Of a stretch of 64,000 nt of DNA, positions 20,251-31,715 are shown one piece after another. A program made the translations under genes and the position numbers. The stretch's first letter is position 1. Each line of letters begins with the position of its first letter. Under the pieces are notes generated by a model. The model searched no databases and had not been told where the DNA came from. It saw only the letters and a program-made list of their open reading frames with translations. This DNA comes from Pontiella sp. (GTDB taxonomy: Bacteria; Verrucomicrobiota; Kiritimatiellia; Kiritimatiellales; Pontiellaceae): positions 336,385-400,384 of the forward strand of contig JBNKHE010000002.1 of assembly GCA_050290185.1 (NCBI GenBank). Direction: 5' to 3'.

Positions 20251-22797
20251 TTATTCCGCGGGCTCTTCAGGAGTCGACGGTTCAATTGCAGCTTCAGCTC
20301 CTGCTTCGCCAGTCACTTCGCCTTCAACAACCGCTTCCGGTGCGAGAGAGCCCTCCTCGGGGCTCTCATCTTCGGGATCAAGGACGGCGGCGGAGACGAG
20401 CTTGTCGCCTTCCTTGAGGTTGAAGAGGCGGACACCCTGGGTGTTGCGTCCAATGATGCGCAGGTCGCTCGCTCCGATGCAGATCATCTGCCCGCCTTCG
20501 GAGATGAGCATCAGGCGATGTTCATCGGTGACGGCGTGGGCACTGACGACCTTGCCGTTGCGATCGGTGGTCTGGATACTGATGATCCCCTTGCCGCCGC
20601 GGGCCTGCGTGCGGAATTCATCGAAGCTCGTACGCTTACCGTAGCCGTTTTCAGTAATCGCCATCATGGTGGCGTCCGTATCGACGATTTCGACGGTCAC
20701 GACTTCGTCGTCCCCTTCGAGCCGGACACCGCGCACACCGCGGGATACGCGGCCCATTGCACGGGCATCCTTTTCCTTGAAGCGGATGGCCTTGCCGTTG
20801 CGCATGCTGAGGATGATTTCGTTTTCGCCGTTGGTCAGTTTAACGCCAATAAGCTGGTCGTCTTCATCGATATTGATCGCCTTGACGCCGGCCACGCGGA
20901 CGTTCTTATAGGCCGATAGAATCGTCTTTTTCACGACGCCCTTCTTGGTGGCCATGATCAGATTGTGCGTATCGTCGTCGAGTTCGCGGACGCAGAGAAT
21001 GGCGGCCAACTTTTCGTCCTGCGACATCTGCAAGACATTGGCGAGCGAACGACCGCGGCTCTGGCGGGTGCCTTCCGGCACATAGTAGGCCTTGAGCCAG
21101 TACATGCGTCCGGCTTCGGTGAAGCAGAGCAGATAGTCGTGGGTGGAAGCCGAGAAGATGTGTTCCACAAAGTCCTCGTCCTTGGTGCTCATGCCGACCA
21201 CGCCCTTGCCGCCGCGACGCTGCTGGCGGTAGGTGTCGGTCGGGACGCGCTTGATGTAGCCGGTGTTGGAGAGCGTGATCACGCACGGCTCGTCGGCAAT
21301 GAGGTCTTCGATGTCGATTTCCCCTTCGTCGATCGAAAGATCGGTGCGACGAACTTCGCCATACTTCGCGCGGATCTGCTCCAGGTCCTCCTTAATTACC
21401 ACGTAGATTTTTTCCGGATGCGCCAGCAGATCTTCGAGATACTCGATGAGCTTCTTGAGTTCGGCGTATTCCGCTTCGACCTTGTCGCGCTCAAGGCCAG
21501 TCAGCTGGTAGAGGCGCATATCGAGAATGGCCTTGGCCTGGATTTCGGAGAACCCGAACTTGGCCATCAGGCGTTCCTGCGCCTCTTCGCGGTTCTTGGA
21601 ATCGCGGATGATGCGGACGACCTCGTCCATGTTGTCCATCGCGAGCAGGAAGCCTTCGAGAATGTGGGCGCGGGCCTTCGCCTTATCGAGGTCGAACTGC
21701 GTGCGGCGGGTAATCACGTCAAAGCGGTGATCGATGAAGCACTGCAGGACTTCCTTCAGGTTCATCACACGCGGCTTGCCCTTGTCGATGGCGAGCATGA
21801 TGCCGCCGAAGGTGGATTCCATCTGCGTGTGCTTGAAGATATTATTGAGCAGGACGTTCGGAACGGCGTTGCGCTTAAGCTCGATGACGAGACGGATGCC
21901 TTCCTTGCCTGATTCATCACGGATATCGGAGATGCCTTCGAGCTTCTTGTCGCGCACGAGGTGAACCATCTTCTGAATCAACAGCGTCTTGTTCAGCGCG
22001 TAGGGAATTTCCGTAATAATGATGCGCGCTTTGCCGTTGTCATCCTCTTCGATGTCCGCCTTGCCGCGCACTTTAATCTTGCCGCGGCCGGTGGTGTAGA
22101 AATCGCGCACGGCGTTGAGGCCGTAGACGGTGCCGCCGGTCGGAAAGTCCGGCCCCTTGATCAATTCATGCAGTTCGTCAATCGTCGCCTCGGGATTGTC
22201 GATCAGCAGAATGGTTCCATCGATGACTTCGCCCAGGTTGTGCGGCGGAATGTTGGTGGCCATGCCGACCGCAATACCGGTCGATCCATTCACCAGCAGA
22301 TTGGGAACGCGCGCCGGAAGCACGGATGGCTCCATCAGCGATTCGTCGAAGTTGGGGCGCATATCGACGGTTTCCTTGTCGATATCCGCCAGCATTTCCT
22401 CCGCCAGCGGACGAAGGCGGCACTCGGTATACCGGTATGCCGCGGCGCGGTCGCCGTCGATCGAACCAAAGTTGCCCTGACCATCGATCAGCATGCCGCG
22501 CATCGCAAAGTCCTGCGCCATGCGCACCATCGTGTCGTAGACCGCGGTATCGCCGTGCGGATGGTAGTTACCGATCACTTCACCGACGACCTTAGCGCAC
22601 TTGACATAGGCCTTGTTGTGCGTCCAGCCGCGTTCCTTCATGGCGTAGAGGATGCGGCGGTTGCCCGGCTTCAGCCCGTCGCGGGCATCCGGCAGTGCGC
22701 GGCCAACAATCACCGACATCGAGTAGTCGATGTAGGCACGCTGCATCTCGTCTTCAATATTGATCAGGTCAATGCGTTCGTTCGTGTTTTCTTCCAT
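20251..22797 (-). CDS. gyrA: DNA gyrase subunit A
   Basis: '[12 protein letters not shown]', 'YHPHGD', 'AAAYRYTE', GyrA box 'QRRGGKG', C-terminal beta-pinwheel repeats. Confidence 0.98.
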   Translation of the reverse strand: MEENTNERIDLINIEDEMQRAYIDYSMSVIVGRALPDARDGLKPGNRRILYAMKERGWTHNKAYVKCAKVVGEVIGNYHPHGDTAVYDTMVRMAQDFAMRGMLIDGQGNFGSIDGDRAAAYRYTECRLRPLAEEMLADIDKETVDMRPNFDESLMEPSVLPARVPNLLVNGSTGIAVGMATNIPPHNLGEVIDGTILLIDNPEATIDELHELIKGPDFPTGGTVYGLNAVRDFYTTGRGKIKVRGKADIEEDDNGKARIIITEIPYALNKTLLIQKMVHLVRDKKLEGISDIRDESGKEGIRLVIELKRNAVPNVLLNNIFKHTQMESTFGGIMLAIDKGKPRVMNLKEVLQCFIDHRFDVITRRTQFDLDKAKARAHILEGFLLAMDNMDEVVRIIRDSKNREEAQERLMAKFGFSEIQAKAILDMRLYQLTGLERDKVEAEYAELKKLIEYLEDLLAHPEKIYVVIKEDLEQIRAKYGEVRRTDLSIDEGEIDIEDLIADEPCVITLSNTGYIKRVPTDTYRQQRRGGKGVVGMSTKDEDFVEHIFSASTHDYLLCFTEAGRMYWLKAYYVPEGTRQSRGRSLANVLQMSQDEKLAAILCVRELDDDTHNLIMATKKGVVKKTILSAYKNVRVAGVKAINIDEDDQLIGVKLTNGENEIILSMRNGKAIRFKEKDARAMGRVSRGVRGVRLEGDDEVVTVEIVDTDATMMAITENGYGKRTSFDEFRTQARGGKGIISIQTTDRNGKVVSAHAVTDEHRLMLISEGGQMICIGASDLRIIGRNTQGVRLFNLKEGDKLVSAAVLDPEDESPEEGSLAPEAVVEGEVTGEAGAEAAIEPSTPEEPAE

Positions 22798-22812
22798 AGT
22801 CCGTCTTTCGTG

Positions 22813-23019
22813 TTAGTCGTCGTGGGCAAGCCGCTTGAGCTGTTCCTGGATTTTCTTTTCGATCTGGCTGATTTCCGATTCGTCCTGCAGCTCGGCTTCC
22901 ACCACACCTGTCAGCTCTTCAAGTGCCTCCGCCTTGGTAAAGCCGAAAGCGATCAGATGCTTGCGGCCGGCGATTTTGGCGTGGTAGCCCTCTTTTTCTT
23001 TCCCAAGTTCCACTTTCAT
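22813..23019 (-). CDS. Small HicB-like (antitoxin N-terminal fold) protein
   Basis: GGAG RBS; 'EKEGYHAKI......AFGFTKAEALEEL..VVE' follows the HicB pattern G-Y-x-A...G-x-T-x-x-EAL. Confidence 0.65.
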   Translation of the reverse strand: MKVELGKEKEGYHAKIAGRKHLIAFGFTKAEALEELTGVVEAELQDESEISQIEKKIQEQLKRLAHDD

Positions 23020-23038
23020 CGGGATTTTCTCCGAATAA

Positions 23039-25624
<2,586 letters not shown>

Positions 25625-25709
25625 TCATAGCAACGGCATAAGGCTCAAAAATGTAGTTTTTTTGAGTCTAAAAGCCTAATAAAACCGGCATTTTACCTGG
25701 ATTTTAGGA

Positions 25710-26399
25710 TTAGTCGGATACGGGGTCGAAACGGTAGCCAACCTGACGGATGGTCTGGATAAAGACGGGATGGGCCGGGTCGGGCTCGATTTTGTTACGC
25801 AGAGTGGTGACGAAGCGGTCGACGCTGCGGCTGGTGACGATACAGTCGTAGCCCCAGACGGCATTGAGAATGTCGTCGCGCGTCAGCGCCCGTCCCTGTT
25901 TTTCCACAAAGTATGCGAGCAGGCCAAATTCCTTGGGCGAAAGCTCGATCTCTTCATCTCCGCGCAACAGCCGCCGGGCGGCAAAGTCGAGCCGCAGACC
26001 GCCGAATTCGACCACATCTGCGACCTCTTTTCTGGTGCGGCGCAGAAAGGCGGCGGAACGGGCCAGCAGCTCGTTGATGCTAAACGGCTTCGTAACATAG
26101 TCATCCGCGCCGATGTTCAGGCCGAGAACAACATCCGACTCCTCGCCCTTGGCGGTGAGCATGATGATCGGCATTTCCAGCCCTTCCTGGCGGATCAGGC
26201 GGCAGATTTCATAGCCGTTGATTTTCGGCAGCATAATGTCTAGCAGGATCAGGTCGGGCTTGGCGTTTAGCGCGGCATCAAGTCCCTTTTCGCCATCGGC
26301 AGCCGTAAGCACCTTGTAGCCCTTGTAGGCAAAGTTATCCTTCAGGCCCGTGAGCATGCTCGGATCGTCTTCAACTATGAGTACCGTTTGCATGGCCAT
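25710..26399 (-). CDS. OmpR/PhoB family response regulator
   Basis: Receiver 'IVEDD', 'LLDIMLP', 'GADDYVTKPF'; winged helix 'LSPKEF.LL', 'VWGY', 'R.VD.FV..LR.KIE', 'TIRQVGYRF'. Confidence 0.96.
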   Translation of the reverse strand: MAMQTVLIVEDDPSMLTGLKDNFAYKGYKVLTAADGEKGLDAALNAKPDLILLDIMLPKINGYEICRLIRQEGLEMPIIMLTAKGEESDVVLGLNIGADDYVTKPFSINELLARSAAFLRRTRKEVADVVEFGGLRLDFAARRLLRGDEEIELSPKEFGLLAYFVEKQGRALTRDDILNAVWGYDCIVTSRSVDRFVTTLRNKIEPDPAHPVFIQTIRQVGYRFDPVSD

Positions 26400-28368
26400 T
26401 TCCGTGTTCCCCGTTTTTTCGTCCGATCAGCAGGTGCACTGTGAACGTGCTTCCCTGCCCCGGCTCGCTTTCGACATCAATGCGCCCTTTATGCGCATTT
26501 ACGATGAATTGGACAATACTCAATCCAAGCCCGCACCCCTCGGCAGTGCGGGACAGCGAGTTATCGACCTGATAAAAACTGGCGAATATTTTCCGGATCT
26601 GCCTGCGCGACAAGCCGATGCCGTGGTCCGAAACCGCGAAGCAGATTTCGTCCGCCTCGGCAAAGACCGACAGTTCGATCTGTTTATCGTCGGTCGTGTA
26701 TTTGCAGGCGTTGTCCAACAGGTTGATGAGTACCGTCACGATGGAGTCATGATCGGCCGGAATATCGGGAAGATCGGCGGCAATGTTGGTTTCAAGCCGG
26801 CAGCCGTTGGACTTGTATTTCGTACAAACAGATTCGATGGCATCCTCCGCGATCGCCACTGGCGACGTCGGCACCATGGTGAATGCATTGCGGTTGCGCT
26901 CCATGCGGGAGAATGAGAGGAAGTTTTCAATCATGCGGGTCAGCCGCTCGTTTTCGCGGGCGATCATCCGCAGGTATTCCTGCGCATGCGCCCCGTCCCG
27001 CGTGCGGCCTTCTAGCATCGTATCAACCAGCAGTCGCATCGAGGCCAACGGGGTTTTCAGCTCGTGCGATACGGTGGCAATGAAGTCGTTCTTTATCTTA
27101 TTCAGGCGGATTTGCCGCCCGACGGCTTGAATGGCGAACACACCGACCGCCAGCATCAGCAGAATCACCAATACCGCCGTCCAGATATAAACCGTGATCT
27201 GCCGGCCCGCCGCCTTGTTGAAAATGTCGCCGTCGGCAAAGAACAGCTCAACCCGCCCGTCCGGAAAACCATGAGGAAGCGAAGAGGAAGCGATGGCCGG
27301 AATGCCCTCTCCTAGCTTTCCCGCGATGAGATAGCCCAGCGCATCAAAGATACGGAACTGCGCTTCCGATCCTTCGAATTCAGCCCGATATCCGGCCAGC
27401 TCGGAGGCCAATCCCTCATCGGAGAGGATGATCATCATTTCAACAAACGGAGTTGGATAGCGATGAAGATACCTGCGCTGCCCGCCCAGCATCACCGGCA
27501 TAGGCGTGTCCATTGGGCCGGCAGGTTTTGGATAGGCCTTCAGAACCTTCAGCGAATCTTCCTCGGCGTTCACCAAGCGCGTCAGATGATCCACCACCGC
27601 TTCTTTATCGGGAAATGCAATCCCCTGCACGCAATCGAGCAGCTTCCGGGCAACAAACAGGTTTTGCTCAGTCGGCAGAGCACCCTGGCCGCTCTTAAAC
27701 AGGTCATTTTCGAGCCCTTTTATAAGCCGCACCTTCCATTCCTTCCGCGCGGAGGTATCTTCGTTTTTCTGCAATAGGTTCAGCAGGAGCAACCGCACCG
27801 GCGCAGCTGACGCTTCTTTTGGCTGCATGGCGGCATCCATGGCCTCGTCCCAGCGGCCCAACCGCGCAAGACAGCGAACCTGTCCCGCCAACGCCCTGGG
27901 ATCGGCGGCAGCGGCCAGACGTTCATAATGCCCGGCCGCCGCCGCATAGTCTGCTTCAACGAACTCCAGCTGCCAGGCGGTGGCCAGGGGTCCGTCATGC
28001 GGTGGGTCATTGGAGTTGAATGAATCGCCGGTCGAGGGGTAGACCAGCGTTCCATCCAAACTCCAAATCACCACCCCCTGGAAATGTTCTTTGAGCACCA
28101 GCTGGTTCAGCAGTCCGTAAGGATCCATCGCCCAGTTCATTTCACTAAACGCATCGAACCGCCCATTGATCTCTTGCTTGACCTGTTCGCCGGCGTCTTC
28201 GAGTTTTTTCTGGTAGATCCCCGAGAGCTTCTGCTGCACCACCAGGCGCTCGTTGGCCACCACCCGGCTCATGAACCAAAGCAGGCTAACCGTGGGCAGC
28301 ACTATGGCGAGCGCCAGCAATACCACCCACTGAATCTGGTTGCGTTGGTTCATGGAGCCGGTTTTCAA
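26371..28368 (-). CDS. Sensor histidine kinase with two TMs and a large periplasmic TPR-like domain
   Basis: H-box 'VSHELKTPL', N-box 'NLLDNACKY', 'DHGIG', 'GCGLGLSIV'; TPR-like 'AWQLEFVEADYAAAAGHYERL...ALAGQVRCLARLGRWDEA'. Confidence 0.95.
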   Translation of the reverse strand: MKTGSMNQRNQIQWVVLLALAIVLPTVSLLWFMSRVVANERLVVQQKLSGIYQKKLEDAGEQVKQEINGRFDAFSEMNWAMDPYGLLNQLVLKEHFQGVVIWSLDGTLVYPSTGDSFNSNDPPHDGPLATAWQLEFVEADYAAAAGHYERLAAAADPRALAGQVRCLARLGRWDEAMDAAMQPKEASAAPVRLLLLNLLQKNEDTSARKEWKVRLIKGLENDLFKSGQGALPTEQNLFVARKLLDCVQGIAFPDKEAVVDHLTRLVNAEEDSLKVLKAYPKPAGPMDTPMPVMLGGQRRYLHRYPTPFVEMMIILSDEGLASELAGYRAEFEGSEAQFRIFDALGYLIAGKLGEGIPAIASSSLPHGFPDGRVELFFADGDIFNKAAGRQITVYIWTAVLVILLMLAVGVFAIQAVGRQIRLNKIKNDFIATVSHELKTPLASMRLLVDTMLEGRTRDGAHAQEYLRMIARENERLTRMIENFLSFSRMERNRNAFTMVPTSPVAIAEDAIESVCTKYKSNGCRLETNIAADLPDIPADHDSIVTVLINLLDNACKYTTDDKQIELSVFAEADEICFAVSDHGIGLSRRQIRKIFASFYQVDNSLSRTAEGCGLGLSIVQFIVNAHKGRIDVESEPGQGSTFTVHLLIGRKNGEHGNGHANGTHS

Positions 28369-28371
28369 AAA

Positions 28372-31300
28372 CTATTCGCCTTCCGCAATTACGAGCGTCT
28401 TGATTTCGTCGTCCGCCAGTACGCGGTTGTACACGCGCACATCGTCGATCAGTCCATCGAAGAAGCGATTCATAACGTCCGCGTTGGCGCCGATCATGAC
28501 CGGGCTGCTGTTGGGCACGATCCCGCCGGCATAGGTGCCCGTTGCCGCCAGATTGCCATCGATGTAGATCCGAATCGTGTTGCCCCCGCAGGTTGCGGCC
28601 ACATGGTGCCATTCGCCCAATCCCACCGGCTTGTCCGTCGAGACGATCGCGCCACCCGCGCCCAGATGGAGCCGGGCCTCCCGGTTGTTGGCGGTCGAAA
28701 GCCGCCACGAGGTGTCGCCCTTGGTTATGAACGGCATCCAGTCCGTAGTGACCGACCCGATATTCACCCAGTAGGCGATCGTGATTTCGCCGGTCAGGTC
28801 GAATGCGGATTCATCCGCTATTTGGACATAACTACGCTGTCCGTCCATGTCGAGCGCGCCTCCGATGCGGCCCTTGGCCCATTTTACGTTGCCCTGGAAG
28901 GTTCCGTCGTGCCCTCGCCCGCTTTTGTCGCCCAGTGTGGCTCCTTCCATTTCATCGCACGGCCAGTAGCCAATCAGCCCGGCCAGTTCGGCCCGCCCGA
29001 AGTTAGCGGGGCTGAACCAAGCGGAATCGTGATCGTCGAACCAACTAATCTTGGCATCGCGCTGTCTTCCGGACTGGTTATCGTTGACCTGCACATCCAA
29101 GCCGACCTTGTTTCCGGCAGCCGGGCTCAGTCCCAGCGTTTCCCACGGGAAGGCGACCTCCACGCAATAGCCGGTTGGCGTGTTTTTGAGGACCCAGTCG
29201 ATGTTGGTCAGGCTGTGCTGTGCTTCGGCCAATTGCGGGTTGTCCCCGTTTTTGCGAAATGAAAATGCATAATCAGTTGGCCCGAATTCCTGCAACTTGG
29301 AATCGGTGGTATCGAGATACAGTTCGATGCTGTCGTTCTCCTGCCAGTCCAGTTTGGGATTGTAGGTTGGCGTGCTGTCGGTTACGTCGATGAATATATA
29401 TAGATTCGTGGCATCCCACAGCGTGCGGTAATCGGCCGCCAACTGATTGGTGGGGTTCGACGACGCATACAGCGTTTCGCCCAACGTATAGACGCGGGCG
29501 TTATTCCAGATGGCATCCAGCGTGCCGTCAATCACAGGCGTGGCGGACGCCGCGCAAATGGTGGCCGCCCGCCCTTTCCGAATACGCTTGCTTTCAGCAG
29601 CCTGCCATTCTTGATACTGCAGTTGATTGATTTGCGACTGCACCTGCCGAATTTGAGTGATGGGTTCAACCACCTTGCTCAACGGAGGAATATCACTCAG
29701 CCGAGCCGAGAGCAGCAGTTTATGCGGCTGTTCTTCGGTACGCAATGACAACGTCGTGGACGCCAATGCCGCAACCAGCTGGTCCATGCTTTCAGTTACC
29801 TGCCGGCTCAAGTCTGCGTTCACCGCGGAATCCGGTCCCATGGACATATGTCTTCGAAGGAATCCTCCGGGGCTGGCCACCACCATTTTCTTGGCCGTAT
29901 CTATGGATTGATTCACTTCGGTGTGGAGTGCCCCGCCGGTGAGAATGGATTGCCTACCCGCAAGTGCCGCCATGGCCTGGTCGATCACATCCTGTTCAAG
30001 GGCTACAAGCACCGTATGGTCTGCCGACTGCACCATCCATGGAGGATTACCGAGCAGAACCTTGACCTCATCCACAAAATCGACAACCGGTATGGGATCC
30101 GTACAGGAGATCACCAGCCCGGGCCGAAAAGTCATATCCGCGACCGGGTCAGTGCAGGGCAGCGCAAAAAGCGTGATCTGCTGAATGCTGTCGATCACTT
30201 CGGCGGGCAGGTCCACACCGAGCTTGGCCTGTACCAACGGCCGAAGTTGAGCGGCCTGGATGGAGTCCGAATCCGCCAGATCAAAACTGACCAGACCAAC
30301 GGCACCGGCCGGAACCCCTTTCAGCCCTTCACGGCTGATCGACGGCGTTTTGATCATTTCATAAGCCATGTTCTGCATGCCTTCCTTGAAATGAATGCGG
30401 CCGTCGAGGCCAATATTGTCCGGTTTCACGAAGGCGGTCAGCACAAGATCATCAATACTTGCGATATTGATCATGCCGGCCGGCCCCCGGATTTCCATCG
30501 GAACGTTCGGAACCTGCTGCATGAAACGGGTATACATATCATCCGCATTCAGCCAAAACGTTGCGAGGTTCTGCTGGCGCGTTACCTTGTCGATCTGACT
30601 GAATGAAGGATTGCTGGAAGCCAGCGATGCATCCGTAGAGAGATGCTTGTACTGCCGTACCATCCACGGAAGCCGCCCCGTTGGCTGGGATAGTAGAAAT
30701 ACCTTGTCGTCGCAGGCAATTTCAACCTGCCCCTCAATGGAATAGGTTGACATGCCGTCAACCGTACCCCCGGGCACTCCGACCATACTCAACCCGGTCA
30801 TAAACAGTCCGCGCAACATGGCGCTTTCACCCAGATGAAGTACTGCAACGCTCGACGGCCCTTGGGGGGTGATGTCCACCAAACCCACGGCCAGACCACG
30901 GATCTTCTTGAACTCCTCCTTCATGGCCGGATTCAGCAACCCGGCAACCAACGCACCCTCGCCGGAACGCATCGCATCCGGATTGCCTTGCGAGATCGCC
31001 ATCAGCGGATCCTCCAGCGGCGTTCCCTTAAGCATTTCAAGAATGGTCTCGATCTGACGGCCGGTGCTACCCAGCTCCAGGTAGGCCAGCGTTTCGGGAG
31101 GCATCAGGATCGCCGGATCAAAATCCTGCAGGTTGGCAAGAACCGGCTTGGCCTTTTCCACCAGATTGGTCTGGCTGGAATAATTGGTCACCAGTCTGGT
31201 CAACGCAACGACCGCCTTGGCATCGTCCTTCAACCGCATGTAGCACATGCCCTCGTGATACAGCGCCAAGGCAACATACTTTTCCTCTGCGGCGGGATCG

Positions 31301-31470
31301 GTTGCAACCTTTTCATAGCTGGCAATCGCCGACGGCAAATCGCCTTCGATCTCTTCGGCATAGAGCCCCTGCTGCAACAGTTCCACCGGCGTTGCCGCAA
31401 CGCCCGAACCACAGGCCAAGGTAACAGCTGCAAACAGATGCAACATTTTTATTTTCGCTGGTCTTCTCAT
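28372..31470 (-). CDS. Secreted protein: N-terminal TPR module, DUF3352-like core, CBM9-like domain, LamG domain
   Basis: 'LLQQGLYAEEIEGDL.SAI..Y'; CBM9 'PVIDG.LD.IW', 'LWDATNLY', 'DSIELYLD', 'GYCVEVAFPW', 'DVQVNDN'; LamG 'WHHVAAT', 'FDGLIDDVRVYNRVL'. The DUF3352-like call is tentative. Confidence 0.8.
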   Translation of the reverse strand: MRRPAKIKMLHLFAAVTLACGSGVAATPVELLQQGLYAEEIEGDLPSAIASYEKVATDPAAEEKYVALALYHEGMCYMRLKDDAKAVVALTRLVTNYSSQTNLVEKAKPVLANLQDFDPAILMPPETLAYLELGSTGRQIETILEMLKGTPLEDPLMAISQGNPDAMRSGEGALVAGLLNPAMKEEFKKIRGLAVGLVDITPQGPSSVAVLHLGESAMLRGLFMTGLSMVGVPGGTVDGMSTYSIEGQVEIACDDKVFLLSQPTGRLPWMVRQYKHLSTDASLASSNPSFSQIDKVTRQQNLATFWLNADDMYTRFMQQVPNVPMEIRGPAGMINIASIDDLVLTAFVKPDNIGLDGRIHFKEGMQNMAYEMIKTPSISREGLKGVPAGAVGLVSFDLADSDSIQAAQLRPLVQAKLGVDLPAEVIDSIQQITLFALPCTDPVADMTFRPGLVISCTDPIPVVDFVDEVKVLLGNPPWMVQSADHTVLVALEQDVIDQAMAALAGRQSILTGGALHTEVNQSIDTAKKMVVASPGGFLRRHMSMGPDSAVNADLSRQVTESMDQLVAALASTTLSLRTEEQPHKLLLSARLSDIPPLSKVVEPITQIRQVQSQINQLQYQEWQAAESKRIRKGRAATICAASATPVIDGTLDAIWNNARVYTLGETLYASSNPTNQLAADYRTLWDATNLYIFIDVTDSTPTYNPKLDWQENDSIELYLDTTDSKLQEFGPTDYAFSFRKNGDNPQLAEAQHSLTNIDWVLKNTPTGYCVEVAFPWETLGLSPAAGNKVGLDVQVNDNQSGRQRDAKISWFDDHDSAWFSPANFGRAELAGLIGYWPCDEMEGATLGDKSGRGHDGTFQGNVKWAKGRIGGALDMDGQRSYVQIADESAFDLTGEITIAYWVNIGSVTTDWMPFITKGDTSWRLSTANNREARLHLGAGGAIVSTDKPVGLGEWHHVAATCGGNTIRIYIDGNLAATGTYAGGIVPNSSPVMIGANADVMNRFFDGLIDDVRVYNRVLADDEIKTLVIAEGE

Positions 31471-31500
31471 AATCTTTTCCCGTTCATCACAAATGGGTGG

Positions 31501-31555
31501 ATTCCCGTTTGTTCGGTGATGAAGCTAAAGGATCAATGTTACCGTTGTGATACGG
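31501..31555 (-). promoter_or_regulatory. Regulon promoter copy 1: OmpR-type direct-repeat box (31537-31555), -10-like TAGCTT, start of conserved leader
   Basis: - strand CCGTATCA-CAA-CGGTAACA, then 9 nt, then TAGCTT; same layout as the other three sites. Confidence 0.8.
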
Positions 31556-31715
31556 CTTGATCCTATTGCCGACAAATTACCGTGCATCGGAAACCTCATC
31601 AATATCCGAGTGCCGAAGTTGGATCAACCTCGCAACAACGTCTTTGGCGGGAAGCAAACTCTGCCAACCACCAAATCCGGCGGCCTCTGTTTCCGAATCC
31701 GGGATCCATGGTTCT

